Shown in pieces: positions 28,224 to 37,759 of a stretch of 64,000 bases of DNA. This stretch comes from a virus. Under the pieces are notes generated by a model. That model made no database searches, was not told the DNA's origin, and worked only from the letters and a program-made list of their open reading frames with translations. The stretch is from positions 20,778 through 84,777 of IMG/VR virus record IMGVR_UViG_3300036806_000149. One strand, written 5' to 3'. A program made the translations under genes and the position numbers. The stretch's first letter is position 1. Every line of letters begins with the position of its first letter.

Positions 28224-30293
28224 ATGTCTGCTCGCATCTTTGCTCTACGTGAGCATAACTCTCTGTTTCTCCGCTCCGGTGGCCGATGTCAATCATGTGG
28301 ATCTGAGCTGATTCGTGGTTGGCACGCCGACCACGTAATCCCCTGGTCGGCTGGAGGAAGAACGGTACTTTCAAATGGGCAAGCGCTTTGCGCTGTCTGC
28401 AATCTTCAGAAGGGTAACTCGATGTCTTCGACCAAAACTCGTAATGCACCAGAACTTCGTCCATTTCGCGCACGTGACTTTCAGCGGCGGTTGGATGAGA
28501 CTGTCCACCAGCGTTGGGATGAACCAGACAAGAGGACGATCGCGTGGGTAGAGACCGGCAGCGGTAAAACCAAGGCGTGGATCGCCTTGGCTGATCATCT
28601 GATCATAAAGGGACTAATCGACTACGTTATGGTTTATACGCCTCGGTTGAACCTATGCGAACAGGCCGATCTCGACAGCCAGGAGTTCAAGCGCGAGCAC
28701 GGAGCAGCTTTTAGAGTGATTGGCCACAAGGCCAATAAAATGCCTCTGCGCTCCTCCGAGGAAGACGGCTTTATCTCAACCTTCCAGGCTGCGGTGATGG
28801 CGGAGAATACCGCCATTGCCAAAAGTGAAGAGAACATTCACGTCGTTCAAGCGCGAAAGGATCAGAGCCGCTTCTTGTTGGTCATCGACGAGGCGCAGTT
28901 CTGTGGCCTAGACAAAGATGGAGGTGGCACTAAAGCAGCACAAGTCATGCAGCGTTTGATGGAGCTTGCAGCTCATACGTTGATCATGACAGGCACACCT
29001 TACCGCGCTGATGGTCAGCGCGTGATCGGATGCGAGTACAGCATCAATCACGATAATCCCAAGTTCGAGCGGCTGATCTGGCACGTTCGCGCGACGCTCA
29101 AGGAAGGTCTAGCCAACGATTATCTCCGGCCACCTGAGTTCTACCTTCACCCCGGTCTTGCCAAGTGGGAGTCATCCGATGGATTGATCAAACGCAACAT
29201 CGACATCACCCAGGCTGAAGACAAGCTAAAGCCCATTCTGGCGAGTGAAGACGTGTTTAGCCCCCTTGTTGATGACACCATCGAGAAGTACCGCGAGCGC
29301 GTCAAGCTCGATCGACGTTATTGCGGCCTGATCACGTGCGGGACTCAGTCTCAGGCGCGGGCCGTTCTCCGGTATGCCAAGGCCAACTACCCAGATATCG
29401 ATTACGTCTGCGTGTTATCGGACCCGTCCGAAGATGATGGCGTTCACGCGGGGGCTCAAGCACACAGCATGTTGCGTGCTTTCCGGAAGCGGAAAGACGG
29501 TGGCATTCTCATCACAGTCCGTATGGTGTTTATCGGGTTTGACCATAAGCCGATTACAGTCATCTGTGTGTTGACGCACTACCGTCATGAAGGACACTTA
29601 CGTCAGATTCTTGGTCGCGGTCTGCGTATGTGGATCGCAAAAGAGGGTGAACTACCAGCACCACCTATCGACGAACAATGGTGTTTCATAATCGGTCCAG
29701 ATGATCCCAGATTCGCAAAGTTCGCCGAAAAGATTCGCAAGGAACGCGATGACGGACTTCACATCCGTAATACGCGCATTAGCAATGGAGGTAGTGGAAG
29801 TGGCACCATAGATGAGGGAGTCGTCACCGATGCGGACATGGGCGATCCGCGCGCAGCAAGCATCGATACTGACCTCGATGCTGACGACTTGAAGTTGATC
29901 GAGGACTTCCGACAAGAGCATAGTTTGCATACGCCTCCTACAGAGATCCGTAAAATCATCGACAATTTCTCAGACTGGAAGCGGAATCGAGGAGATACGT
30001 ATCAGTCTTCTCGCGAACACACCAATCATCGGACTCGCAAAGAGGATCTCGAAGCACAGCGAGCGACTTGTCAAGATTGGGCCAAGAAGATCGCCGGCTT
30101 GCGATTGAATCGTCAGCCTGGTCGGAACTGGTCGGAACTCATGCGTGAAATCATCGGCGAGGCTCACAACGGACCCTTCGGAGATCAGCTCGGGTTTATC
30201 AAGAATGGAGATCTCTCCACGATGGAGGATCTCAAGACTCGCGAGGATACTTTGAGGAAGATGTATTCCAATGAGCGCAAATCACAACATTAG
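28224..30293 (+). CDS. HNH endonuclease fused to an SF2 (ResIII-like) helicase/ATPase
   Basis: CQSC...HADHVIPWSAGG...N...LCAVCN..KGN; ETGSGKT; DEAQ; MTGTPYRAD; QILGRGLR. Confidence 0.85.
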   Translation: MSARIFALREHNSLFLRSGGRCQSCGSELIRGWHADHVIPWSAGGRTVLSNGQALCAVCNLQKGNSMSSTKTRNAPELRPFRARDFQRRLDETVHQRWDEPDKRTIAWVETGSGKTKAWIALADHLIIKGLIDYVMVYTPRLNLCEQADLDSQEFKREHGAAFRVIGHKANKMPLRSSEEDGFISTFQAAVMAENTAIAKSEENIHVVQARKDQSRFLLVIDEAQFCGLDKDGGGTKAAQVMQRLMELAAHTLIMTGTPYRADGQRVIGCEYSINHDNPKFERLIWHVRATLKEGLANDYLRPPEFYLHPGLAKWESSDGLIKRNIDITQAEDKLKPILASEDVFSPLVDDTIEKYRERVKLDRRYCGLITCGTQSQARAVLRYAKANYPDIDYVCVLSDPSEDDGVHAGAQAHSMLRAFRKRKDGGILITVRMVFIGFDHKPITVICVLTHYRHEGHLRQILGRGLRMWIAKEGELPAPPIDEQWCFIIGPDDPRFAKFAEKIRKERDDGLHIRNTRISNGGSGSGTIDEGVVTDADMGDPRAASIDTDLDADDLKLIEDFRQEHSLHTPPTEIRKIIDNFSDWKRNRGDTYQSSREHTNHRTRKEDLEAQRATCQDWAKKIAGLRLNRQPGRNWSELMREIIGEAHNGPFGDQLGFIKNGDLSTMEDLKTREDTLRKMYSNERKSQH

Positions 30294-30933
30294 TCACCGG
30301 ACCGTAACAGTACGTCTCTCTGACGAAGAACGCCACCTCGAACTGCTACGTGAAGCTGCCACGAGTAGTGGTGTGAATCCGCGTGGTTTCATCCTGGTGC
30401 TCTCGCGTGTGATCGAGCGAAGGATGTGGGAGACCTTTCCAGGTGGCTCGATCACATTTCATGAGTTCATTGAGCGCGTCGGGCTGACTCCTGATGCGCT
30501 CGAATCGATCTTGGAGATACCGGCGGAGCTTGAGGACCGCTCTGGAGAGCATGAGCGCTTTGAGGAAACTCGCGAAGAAGCCCGGAAACTGCTCGGCATC
30601 CAGAGGAAGGTTCGAGAACTGCTCACTCCGGAGGTCAATCAGCATGGCACGAATCAGCATGCCGAAGGAGGTTCTATTAGAACCTCCTCTCGCGGCACGA
30701 CGGAGAACTACACCATGCGAGTCCTCCACCGAGATCACCCTAAGCTCTATCGGCGCGTGCTTGACGGCGAGCTATCAGCTCATGCCGCAGCGATCGAAGC
30801 TCGTATTCGTAAACCCACTGCCACGGTCCCAGTGGACTCCGCAGAGAAGGCCATCAAAGCTCTCTCTCGCCGCTTCACAATTGAAGAGCTTCGAGAAGCC
30901 CTGGATCACTTGTCAACCTCGCGGCAGAGTTGA
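30271..30933 (+). CDS. Hypothetical DNA-binding protein
   Basis: RGTTENY..RVL.RDHPKLY..V..GELSAHAAAIEA C-terminal motif; overlaps the end of the helicase gene. Confidence 0.65.
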   Translation: MSANHNISHRTVTVRLSDEERHLELLREAATSSGVNPRGFILVLSRVIERRMWETFPGGSITFHEFIERVGLTPDALESILEIPAELEDRSGEHERFEETREEARKLLGIQRKVRELLTPEVNQHGTNQHAEGGSIRTSSRGTTENYTMRVLHRDHPKLYRRVLDGELSAHAAAIEARIRKPTATVPVDSAEKAIKALSRRFTIEELREALDHLSTSRQS

Positions 30934-31289
30934 TCCGGCCGTTTCGTCTGCTCTCTAGGTACCCATTGTATAGATACTGTAGCTAGACGAGTCCCCAGCT
31001 CTATCGTCTGAGCCACGATCGGGATCAGATGCTCAGCCGAGACCTGGTAGACGCCCAGCAGGTGGTTCACCGGCGTCTGGGAGTCGTTGACGATCTCCAG
31101 ATCGGTCACGCCGTGCTTCAGCGCCAGCTCGATCGCGAGCTGGATCGAGAGATGCTCGGCGACGATGTTGGTACAGGGAGAAAGTTTCTCGGCCCGCTCG
31201 ACGACCCGGCCGTCCTCCAGCGTTAGCACCACGGCGCGGGCTCCGGTGCCGGCGTTGCCGCGCCCGTCAGTGATCGCCGTGGCTCTCAT
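30906..31289 (-). CDS. Ribonuclease HI family protein
   Basis: TDG...TNIVAEH...NDSQ...WVPREQTKRPD (D-E-D-D catalytic set). Confidence 0.88.
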   Translation of the reverse strand: MRATAITDGRGNAGTGARAVVLTLEDGRVVERAEKLSPCTNIVAEHLSIQLAIELALKHGVTDLEIVNDSQTPVNHLLGVYQVSAEHLIPIVAQTIELGTRLATVSIQWVPREQTKRPDQLCREVDK

Positions 31290-31690
31290 CCAGGGAACCG
31301 GTATGCCTTCTGCCGACGGTTGGACTTGGGATTGCGCTTCCAGCCCACGTGCTCGATGCGCCCCATATTGCATAGCTCCGAGAGCCGCTGATGGCCGCCG
31401 TTGCCCTCTCCCCCACGTCGGCTGCGGATCTCATCAACCTCGAAGCCAGCCATGATGCCTCCGAACTCATCCTGGTGATCTCGTACGCAGATCTCCACTT
31501 CCTGCTGAGATTCATTGAGGTTCTCGAAGGTCTTGATCGCCGACTCGTGAGCAGTAGACGGATGCCCTGAGCGTGCGAGCTGTTTCGGATGACTCACCGG
31601 CTGCTTGGTCTTCGTCTTCTCAACTCTTCCTGTTCGCCTCTTGACTCGCGCGAGCACGTCCGACATCGGCGCTTCATTCCAATCAGTCAT
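31286..31690 (-). CDS. Winged-helix-like hypothetical protein
   Basis: HQRLSELCNMGRIEHVGWKRN...QKAY motif. Confidence 0.55.
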   Translation of the reverse strand: MTDWNEAPMSDVLARVKRRTGRVEKTKTKQPVSHPKQLARSGHPSTAHESAIKTFENLNESQQEVEICVRDHQDEFGGIMAGFEVDEIRSRRGGEGNGGHQRLSELCNMGRIEHVGWKRNPKSNRRQKAYRFPG

Positions 31691-31842
31691 CGCTTCTTGC
31701 GGCGCTTCTTCTTGCGGGTCGCCGGTGGCACCTTAGAGCCTCGCTTGCGGCCTTCCTCGCTCTCGGTCCAGTAGGAGCGCGTGAACGGGTTGTAGCCATC
31801 GGCCTGGTTGACTCCGGTGCGCTTCTGGGCCTTGCGGGTCAT
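31687..31842 (-). CDS. Small basic protein (51 aa)
   Basis: Manually translated (MTRKAQKRTGVNQADGYNPFTRSYW...); ATGA overlap. Confidence 0.5.
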   Translation of the reverse strand: MTRKAQKRTGVNQADGYNPFTRSYWTESEEGRKRGSKVPPATRKKKRRKKR

Positions 31843-31877
31843 CGCTTCATGCTTGTTTCACCGGGGTGTTTCACGTT

Positions 31878-32132
31878 TCACAGCTCCACCGGCAGCTTGT
31901 CGCCGATCTCCTCCACGCGGCGCTCGCGCATCAGCTCGGGCTCGCGGATGTAGATCACCATCGGCAGCTCGCACTCCGGGCAGAGCGTACGCTCGCCGGC
32001 CTCCAGCGGCATGTAGAACTCGTGGAGATGATCGCCGGCGCACAGCCCGATGAAGGGTGGAGGGTGCTCGCGCGGTTTCCTCCAGCCCATCAGCGCCCGT
32101 TGACTCTCGCCAGGTACGTAGCTCGGTGCCAT
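31878..32132 (-). CDS. Small Zn-ribbon protein
   Basis: C...H...CPEC. Confidence 0.5.
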   Translation of the reverse strand: MAPSYVPGESQRALMGWRKPREHPPPFIGLCAGDHLHEFYMPLEAGERTLCPECELPMVIYIREPELMRERRVEEIGDKLPVEL

Positions 32133-32512
32133 TCGCGCCGGAACATGTGCTGAGCCCCTTCCGGAGCCAGCCGCTGGTGGTTGGCCATCTCGCGGAGCAT
32201 CAACAGCATCTCCTCGGGCTTGGAGTTCTCCACGGCGCGCATCTGCGACGTCTTAGCCGAGCCGAAGGCCATCACCTGGCCCAGCTCGGTGAGAAACCAT
32301 TCGGCCGGCGAGCGCTCGGGATCTCTCTGCACCAAGCCACGCATCTGCGGCCGGCCCAGGCGAGCGCCTACCGACTGGGCGCGGCTCTTCTCGCGCATGC
32401 CCAGCGCGTTGGCGATCTCCAGGCTGGGAGCCTGGCCCCCGTGTTCCTGGGCGATCTCGTGAACTCGGATCAGCAGTTCGCGATCCGAGAAGTCAAGCAA
32501 CCGCAAGGGCAT
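32090..32512 (-). CDS. Winged-helix DNA-binding protein
   Basis: SLEIANALGM...SVGARL...RGLVQR...WFLTELG. Confidence 0.65.
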   Translation of the reverse strand: MPLRLLDFSDRELLIRVHEIAQEHGGQAPSLEIANALGMREKSRAQSVGARLGRPQMRGLVQRDPERSPAEWFLTELGQVMAFGSAKTSQMRAVENSKPEEMLLMLREMANHQRLAPEGAQHMFRREWHRATYLARVNGR

Positions 32513-32942
32513 CGTCCGTCTCCTTGAGTCCGGTGGTGGGCATTGAGGTGTAAATGCTCGCTACGCCGCGCTTGCCGTAGAGGCGAATCAGCTCGTGTTG
32601 CTTTAGGTAGCGCACCACGGAATCGATGTGCGAGTGCGAGCGCCCCGTGGCCGCCTCGATCTCCTTGAGCGTCATCGGCTCGCTCGACTCCGAAAGCGTC
32701 GTCATGACCGCCTGAATGGATTCCGGCGAGGGACTCCAGCCGTCGGAGCTGGCGGGTCGTCCCCGTCGCTTCCTCGATGTCGTTGGCTTCTCCCCACTCA
32801 GATTCTGCTTGGCTTGCGTCAGGCGCTTGACGCGCTCGCGCGAGAGGGCCAAGCGCTCTTCGATCCCGTCGAGGATCTGCTGCTCATCGGTGAGCTGCTG
32901 TTCGATGTCGGCCAGAATCTTTTCAAAGCCCGTGTCACTCAT
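32493..32942 (-). CDS. Coiled-coil plus winged-helix protein
   Basis: MTLKEIEAATGRSHSHIDSVVRYL HTH; start at ATG 32942 with GGAGG RBS. Confidence 0.65.
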   Translation of the reverse strand: MSDTGFEKILADIEQQLTDEQQILDGIEERLALSRERVKRLTQAKQNLSGEKPTTSRKRRGRPASSDGWSPSPESIQAVMTTLSESSEPMTLKEIEAATGRSHSHIDSVVRYLKQHELIRLYGKRGVASIYTSMPTTGLKETDDALAVA

Positions 32943-34375
32943 ACCGGTTGTGCCCTCCTTGTCGTGACTCGGTAGCCACGACGCTTGTAGACCTCCAGAT
33001 GCCGCACCCTCCATTGCGCTTCGAGCGGTCCCACGTTGTCTGTGTAGTCGAAGATGACCGCCGCCGCAGCCTCGCCGTCGCATTTCTTGTCGGGATGTTT
33101 TCTCTCTATCCGGCCGACCTGCTGCGTGACAAGCCCTGCGTTGCGCTGAGGGAAGGGCAGATGCAGACGGTCGAGCCGAGGAATGTCCATCGCTTCGTCA
33201 GCCAGCGTCGAGAGCAACACACAAGGCGATGTCTCCGCCAGCGCCTTGGCCTCTTGGCGTGCCTCGTTGCTGTCCTGGCCGGTGATCGTGACGATCGGGT
33301 CGGCGAAGCCCTCATCGATCAGCATGCTGTGCAGGATGTCCAGATGCTCCAGGCGCTTTGAGACCACGAGTTGGTGATGGCCCGCGTTCTCGACGATCGT
33401 ATTGACGATGATCTGGTTGCGCTCTTGGTTGGAAACCAGAGCCTGGATTAGCTGGGGCCAGTTGGAGGGCGTGTAGCGCCCACGCCGACCCTGGAAGCCA
33501 AACCGGAACTTGGTGGGAATCCGGACGACCTCGGGCTTCTGGAGCGTGTCCACCGCGTCGGACTTGGTCTCGTGGATGATCGGGCCGAGCACATTGACGG
33601 CCAGGGCAAACGCGCCTGTCTTCTCGGGCGTGGCAGAAACACCCAGCCGGTAGCGAGCCGAGAAACGATCGAGTAGCCGGCGGTAGGTATCCGCCTGGGC
33701 GTGGTGGCACTCGTCCAGGCAGACCAAAGAAAACTGATCGAAGAAGCCTTCGGCTTCCAGCGCATCAAACCTGCTACTCAATGTCTGTGCTGTAGCTACA
33801 GTCAAGTATGAAGAGACGTCGAAGATTTGATCACCAATCTGACTGACTGGGTAATGCTCACCGAGATGCTCGATTGCCCGTGCGCGCCACTGCCACGCCA
33901 CATCGAGTGCGGATATGATGATCAGACTCTTACAGGCTAGCTGCTGTATGAGTGCTAGAACGGCAACGGTCTTTCCACTCCCGGCTGGTGCTTTGTAGAT
34001 ACCCTGTTGCAATTCTTTCATGACCTGCACGGCGGAGATCTGCCACGGGTGGAGGTTGGGCTTCTGGCCGATCCGGAACTTGGCTTCGAACTGCCGGCGA
34101 TCGGTCCAGGTGATCTCCAGCCCCATGTCGCGCATGCCCTGCGCGTAGTCCGCAGCGAAGCCCCGGGGCATGACCAGATACTCGCCCTCGATCTCGTATA
34201 GCTCGATCGTATCTGGCATCCGCTCCGCGCCCCAGACGAACTGGTCGAGAGCTTTCTGCTTGGCCAGGTTGGGGATCGAGAGCGCTTCCATGATGTGCTC
34301 GGCCACGCCCGGGGGCAGTTCGCTAAGCCTCACGCGCAAGCGGTAATCGATGATGGTTGTGATTTGTTCCGGCAT
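32939..34375 (-). CDS. SF2 DNA helicase (UvsW/A18-like)
   Basis: APAGSGKT; DECHH; SAT; QQVGRIER. Confidence 0.9.
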   Translation of the reverse strand: MPEQITTIIDYRLRVRLSELPPGVAEHIMEALSIPNLAKQKALDQFVWGAERMPDTIELYEIEGEYLVMPRGFAADYAQGMRDMGLEITWTDRRQFEAKFRIGQKPNLHPWQISAVQVMKELQQGIYKAPAGSGKTVAVLALIQQLACKSLIIISALDVAWQWRARAIEHLGEHYPVSQIGDQIFDVSSYLTVATAQTLSSRFDALEAEGFFDQFSLVCLDECHHAQADTYRRLLDRFSARYRLGVSATPEKTGAFALAVNVLGPIIHETKSDAVDTLQKPEVVRIPTKFRFGFQGRRGRYTPSNWPQLIQALVSNQERNQIIVNTIVENAGHHQLVVSKRLEHLDILHSMLIDEGFADPIVTITGQDSNEARQEAKALAETSPCVLLSTLADEAMDIPRLDRLHLPFPQRNAGLVTQQVGRIERKHPDKKCDGEAAAAVIFDYTDNVGPLEAQWRVRHLEVYKRRGYRVTTRRAQPV

Positions 34376-34408
34376 ATCGATAAGATCATACTACCGCGCA
34401 AGGCGGAT

Positions 34409-35116
34409 CTATAAGAGCCTTGCATCTTGGCATTGACTCAGAAGTTCTTCCTTGTATCGAGACCAGGAGCCAAATCGTCTCGTTACGGTCGATGGTGCAG
34501 GAATTAGCTTATTGCCATAACTTTCGTGAAGAAATTCTCGCCGAGTGGGTAAGTGACTATTTATGCTGACAAAGTTCTTACCAGCGGCCAAACAACTTCC
34601 TTGATCCCAATAAACCAATCTCGTTTGAAAGCCTCCACGTCCGCTGCATCTGTACCGACACTTGTAACACATCCCATATCCAGCAGAAGTTCTGTATGAA
34701 CGTTCAGTACATACAGTACATTTCCTAAATCCAGATCCTCCTGGTTCCCACTCCTCTTTTTGGCGAAGATGATGATAATGAGAATGACATAGCCCTCGAC
34801 TTTTTGTTTTCCTTCCACAACCATCAGCTACACAAGTTTTGGGCATTTGACCTAAAGGAAATGTTAGTGATGATTTCCGCAGATGATATGTATTCGGATC
34901 TCCGTTGACGAGCCAGCGACGATAGTGTTTATCACACCATCCACGTGCAGACGCAGGTTGCGAGCAATTTTCAACCGAACAAATAGATCCGTTGTGATGC
35001 GGATGCAAGACTGTATTTGGATCACCATACGTGCGCCATCTCCAATAGTGGTTCGCGCACCAACCACGAGCATTCACTGGCTTCAGACATCTCTCGATAG
35101 AGCACTTCTTTTCCAT
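34409..35116 (-). CDS. Lower-GC zinc-finger repeat protein with a homing-endonuclease-associated C-terminal motif
   Basis: Three C-x4-C-x6-RG(W/L)C-x2-HY repeats; PAPSTVTRRFGSWS. Confidence 0.7.
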   Translation of the reverse strand: MEKKCSIERCLKPVNARGWCANHYWRWRTYGDPNTVLHPHHNGSICSVENCSQPASARGWCDKHYRRWLVNGDPNTYHLRKSSLTFPLGQMPKTCVADGCGRKTKSRGLCHSHYHHLRQKEEWEPGGSGFRKCTVCTERSYRTSAGYGMCYKCRYRCSGRGGFQTRLVYWDQGSCLAAGKNFVSINSHLPTRREFLHESYGNKLIPAPSTVTRRFGSWSRYKEELLSQCQDARLL

Positions 35117-35145
35117 GAGTGATCCTTTCTGTTCTGACTGATCGA

Positions 35146-35169
35146 GCCGGGGCCTGAAATAGCCCCGGC
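35146..35169. terminator. GC-rich hairpin, putative terminator
   Basis: GCCGGGGC / GCCCCGGC in an intergenic gap. Confidence 0.45.
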
Positions 35170-35184
35170 CTCAAATCAGTTGTC

Positions 35185-35871
35185 CTACGCGGCCTCGCTC
35201 AAACGAGGAGTAATGACTTCCAGAGCGCTCACCAGCATCCGAGCCTCCTGCATGGCCACTACCAGATCGCCGGAGTCCCACTCCGCACCCTCGGAGTCCA
35301 GACGAGCAACCGCCTTCCGGTATGCAGCCGCCTCCTCGGCGAGCAGGGCTAGAAGATCCTCGGCCTTGCTGAGCGGCCAGCCGGCGATCTTCTCGGCGTG
35401 CTGACGCCGCTTGCTGCGCTCGCGTCCATCCACGCGGTGACGCTTCTGCTCAGCCTGGATCTCTTCGACCGAGCGCGAGTCCTGGGTGTTGCGCTTGAAG
35501 ACGATCGCCTTCATACGCCCCACGGTCATCCCCGGCTTGACGACATCGAGCAGATCGGAAAGATTCCGCCCCTCGATGAGTACCGAAGTAGTGACGCCGC
35601 GATCGAAGTCGCCCTTGACCGCCTGGTAGGTCTCCGCCAGTTGGACGAGGTAGGTGAGCTGATACGGGCACGGACGACCGCTCTCCCAGCAACGCTCACG
35701 CAGGTCGGCGAGCAGCCAGCGCCAATCGGCGTGTTGATCGCCATTGACGGCCTCAGCCGCAATCTCGGCCCAGCCTTGGATGGCCGTCTCGGTGCTGACC
35801 GCAACGGCATCGATTTTCGGAACCAGCGCTTCCCAGCGCTGATCCCCCAGCTTTGGCTTGTTGGGGTTCAT
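35185..35871 (-). CDS. Hypothetical protein
   Basis: ORF track; AGGGGG RBS. Confidence 0.65.
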   Translation of the reverse strand: MNPNKPKLGDQRWEALVPKIDAVAVSTETAIQGWAEIAAEAVNGDQHADWRWLLADLRERCWESGRPCPYQLTYLVQLAETYQAVKGDFDRGVTTSVLIEGRNLSDLLDVVKPGMTVGRMKAIVFKRNTQDSRSVEEIQAEQKRHRVDGRERSKRRQHAEKIAGWPLSKAEDLLALLAEEAAAYRKAVARLDSEGAEWDSGDLVVAMQEARMLVSALEVITPRLSEAA

Positions 35872-35973
35872 TGTTGCCCCCTTTCTGCGGCGGGTTTCCT
35901 TGCCGCCACTTGATTACGTTCAGGAACTTACAGGAACACATTCAGAACGTCAATAGCGTTCCATAATAGTTTC

Positions 35974-36016
35974 ATAAGATCTTATCATCTTACGGCCGAT
36001 TGGCATTTGGTAAGAT
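35974..36016. promoter_or_regulatory. Divergent promoter region: palindrome ATAAGATCTTAT plus a plus-strand TAAGAT
   Basis: AT-rich gap between divergent genes with -10-like boxes on both strands. Confidence 0.5.
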
Positions 36017-36041
36017 CCTAGTACGACTGAGGAACAGCTCG

Positions 36042-36311
36042 ATGACGCTCGCACACAGCTACTACCACCATGCTCCGCCCGACCAGTGCGGCACGCCTGA
36101 CTGCGACAAGCCGCGCGTCGAAGGCCGGTACGTGTGCGCCGAGCACGCCCCGCGCATGGATCGCATTCGTACTGAGTTTCAGGAGGCCGCTCACAAGAAG
36201 ATCCACTACTCCAAGCGTCCGCCCACGTGCTGCTTTCCCGGCTGCTACGAGCTGCGTCCGCGCAACTCGGCGTTCTGCTTCAAGCACTCCGATCAAGTCG
36301 AGGAGACGTGA
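36042..36311 (+). CDS. Small Cys/His zinc-finger protein
   Basis: Two C-x4-C...C-x2-H units. Confidence 0.6.
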   Translation: MTLAHSYYHHAPPDQCGTPDCDKPRVEGRYVCAEHAPRMDRIRTEFQEAAHKKIHYSKRPPTCCFPGCYELRPRNSAFCFKHSDQVEET

Positions 36312-36320
36312 GGACTCGCT

Positions 36321-36671
36321 TCAGGAAGCGAGGATCGAGCCCTGGATGTTGAACGTCACAGTCGGCGCTCCCGCCGGCAGGTTGACCACGAACTCGGTCG
36401 AGTTGGCGCTCATCGCGCGCACCGCCCACGTCGGCACGGCGGTCCCACTGGCGATCTGGAGAAAGGCCGAGATCGTGTAGCCGTTGACCGGCAGGTTGAG
36501 GTTGTGGGTCCAGGTGAAGGCGAGCTGCTGGCCGGCGGCGATTGACTGACTGCCAGTCGTATACGGCCCGTAGCGGCGCTGGGAGGAGGAACGAGCCTCC
36601 AGCTTGCTCAACCGCTTGCTGTGGCTGCGGTGCTCGCGCATCAGGTCGGGAAGGAAGACGGGCTTGGTCAC
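36321..36671 (-). CDS. Minor tail protein
   Basis: GTGA overlap with the upstream tail gene; RLSKLE coiled segment followed by a beta-rich domain. Confidence 0.6.
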   Translation of the reverse strand: MTKPVFLPDLMREHRSHSKRLSKLEARSSSQRRYGPYTTGSQSIAAGQQLAFTWTHNLNLPVNGYTISAFLQIASGTAVPTWAVRAMSANSTEFVVNLPAGAPTVTFNIQGSILAS

Positions 36672-37759
36672 GGGGCCACCTGCAAGGGACCGAGAGTCTC
36701 GTTGCCGTTGTCGTCGATCGTGATGTCCATCCCGAACACGCGCACGGCCTGATTCTGGATCGAGACGCGCGGTGGGTAGTACGCGGTCAGGTAGATCTGA
36801 TCGCCGATCCCATAGTCGAACAGGGGGTCCGGAGCGCGCCTGGACGACGTCGCCGGAAAGGGCGTGATCGAGTAGATCACCCGAGGGGTTCGGCGCAGCG
36901 TGATCTCGGCCGCTCCGAAGGCCGTCAGCACGTTGACATCGGCGATGTCCGACAGCGCCACCTGCTCCTCGAAGATTCCGTAGGCGGTGATCGAGGCGGA
37001 GTCGATCCCCGGCCCGTAGGTGGCGTTCTTGCCCGACACGAAGATCGTGTTCATGATCTGCGAGGCGTCGATGTTGCGCCCGAATGAGGCGACGTTGTCC
37101 GGCCCCCAGCGATAGCCGAAGACCACGTCGGTGCGGTCGTGCCATAGCGGCGTGGGGCTGTTCGGGCCACCCAGCGTGGGGCTCGGCCAGAACGACATGA
37201 CCCGCGTGATCGGATCGATCGTGAAGTCAAAGCCGTTCTCGATCTCCGTCAGCTCGGTGATCGCTGCGCCCAGGTTCTGCCAGCGCGTGTAGTCGCGCGA
37301 GCGCGTCTGGGTGTCGTGAACCTGGGTGGCGTCGGAGGTGACCCGGGTGGCTCCGATTCCGTTGATGATGTTCAAAAGATTCAGAGCTATCGTTCCACCT
37401 ACAGTGTTGCTATAGCTGACGGCGTCGCGGAGGATGCGATTGTTGAGCAGTTCAAACCAGCCCACCGCGTTGACGCTCATCGACCCTTCCGGGAGCTTCT
37501 CGTCGATCGTCCACACCGGCCCCGACCACACCGGCTGGGCGTGCTTGTAGGCGATGATGCACGTGGTGATCGGCGCGATCACCGCCGCCATCCGCCGGCG
37601 CATCGACATATCGAAGGAGAAGCTCCCGGATTTGTTGAGCGCCAGCGTCAGATGCTTGTTATGCGCCCCGAACAGCTCGCCGAGCAGCGTCGGCGGCGAG
37701 GTGGTGGCGTCGGCCAGGATGAACTTCCAGGGCGGGATGCGCGGTTGAACGAACGACAC
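36668..37759 (-). CDS. Minor tail/baseplate hub protein (ReqiPepy6 Gp37-like)
   Basis: LNKSGSFSF...WSGPVW...GFDF...DYGIGD; follows the Dit gene. Confidence 0.75.
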   Translation of the reverse strand: MSFVQPRIPPWKFILADATTSPPTLLGELFGAHNKHLTLALNKSGSFSFDMSMRRRMAAVIAPITTCIIAYKHAQPVWSGPVWTIDEKLPEGSMSVNAVGWFELLNNRILRDAVSYSNTVGGTIALNLLNIINGIGATRVTSDATQVHDTQTRSRDYTRWQNLGAAITELTEIENGFDFTIDPITRVMSFWPSPTLGGPNSPTPLWHDRTDVVFGYRWGPDNVASFGRNIDASQIMNTIFVSGKNATYGPGIDSASITAYGIFEEQVALSDIADVNVLTAFGAAEITLRRTPRVIYSITPFPATSSRRAPDPLFDYGIGDQIYLTAYYPPRVSIQNQAVRVFGMDITIDDNGNETLGPLQVAP

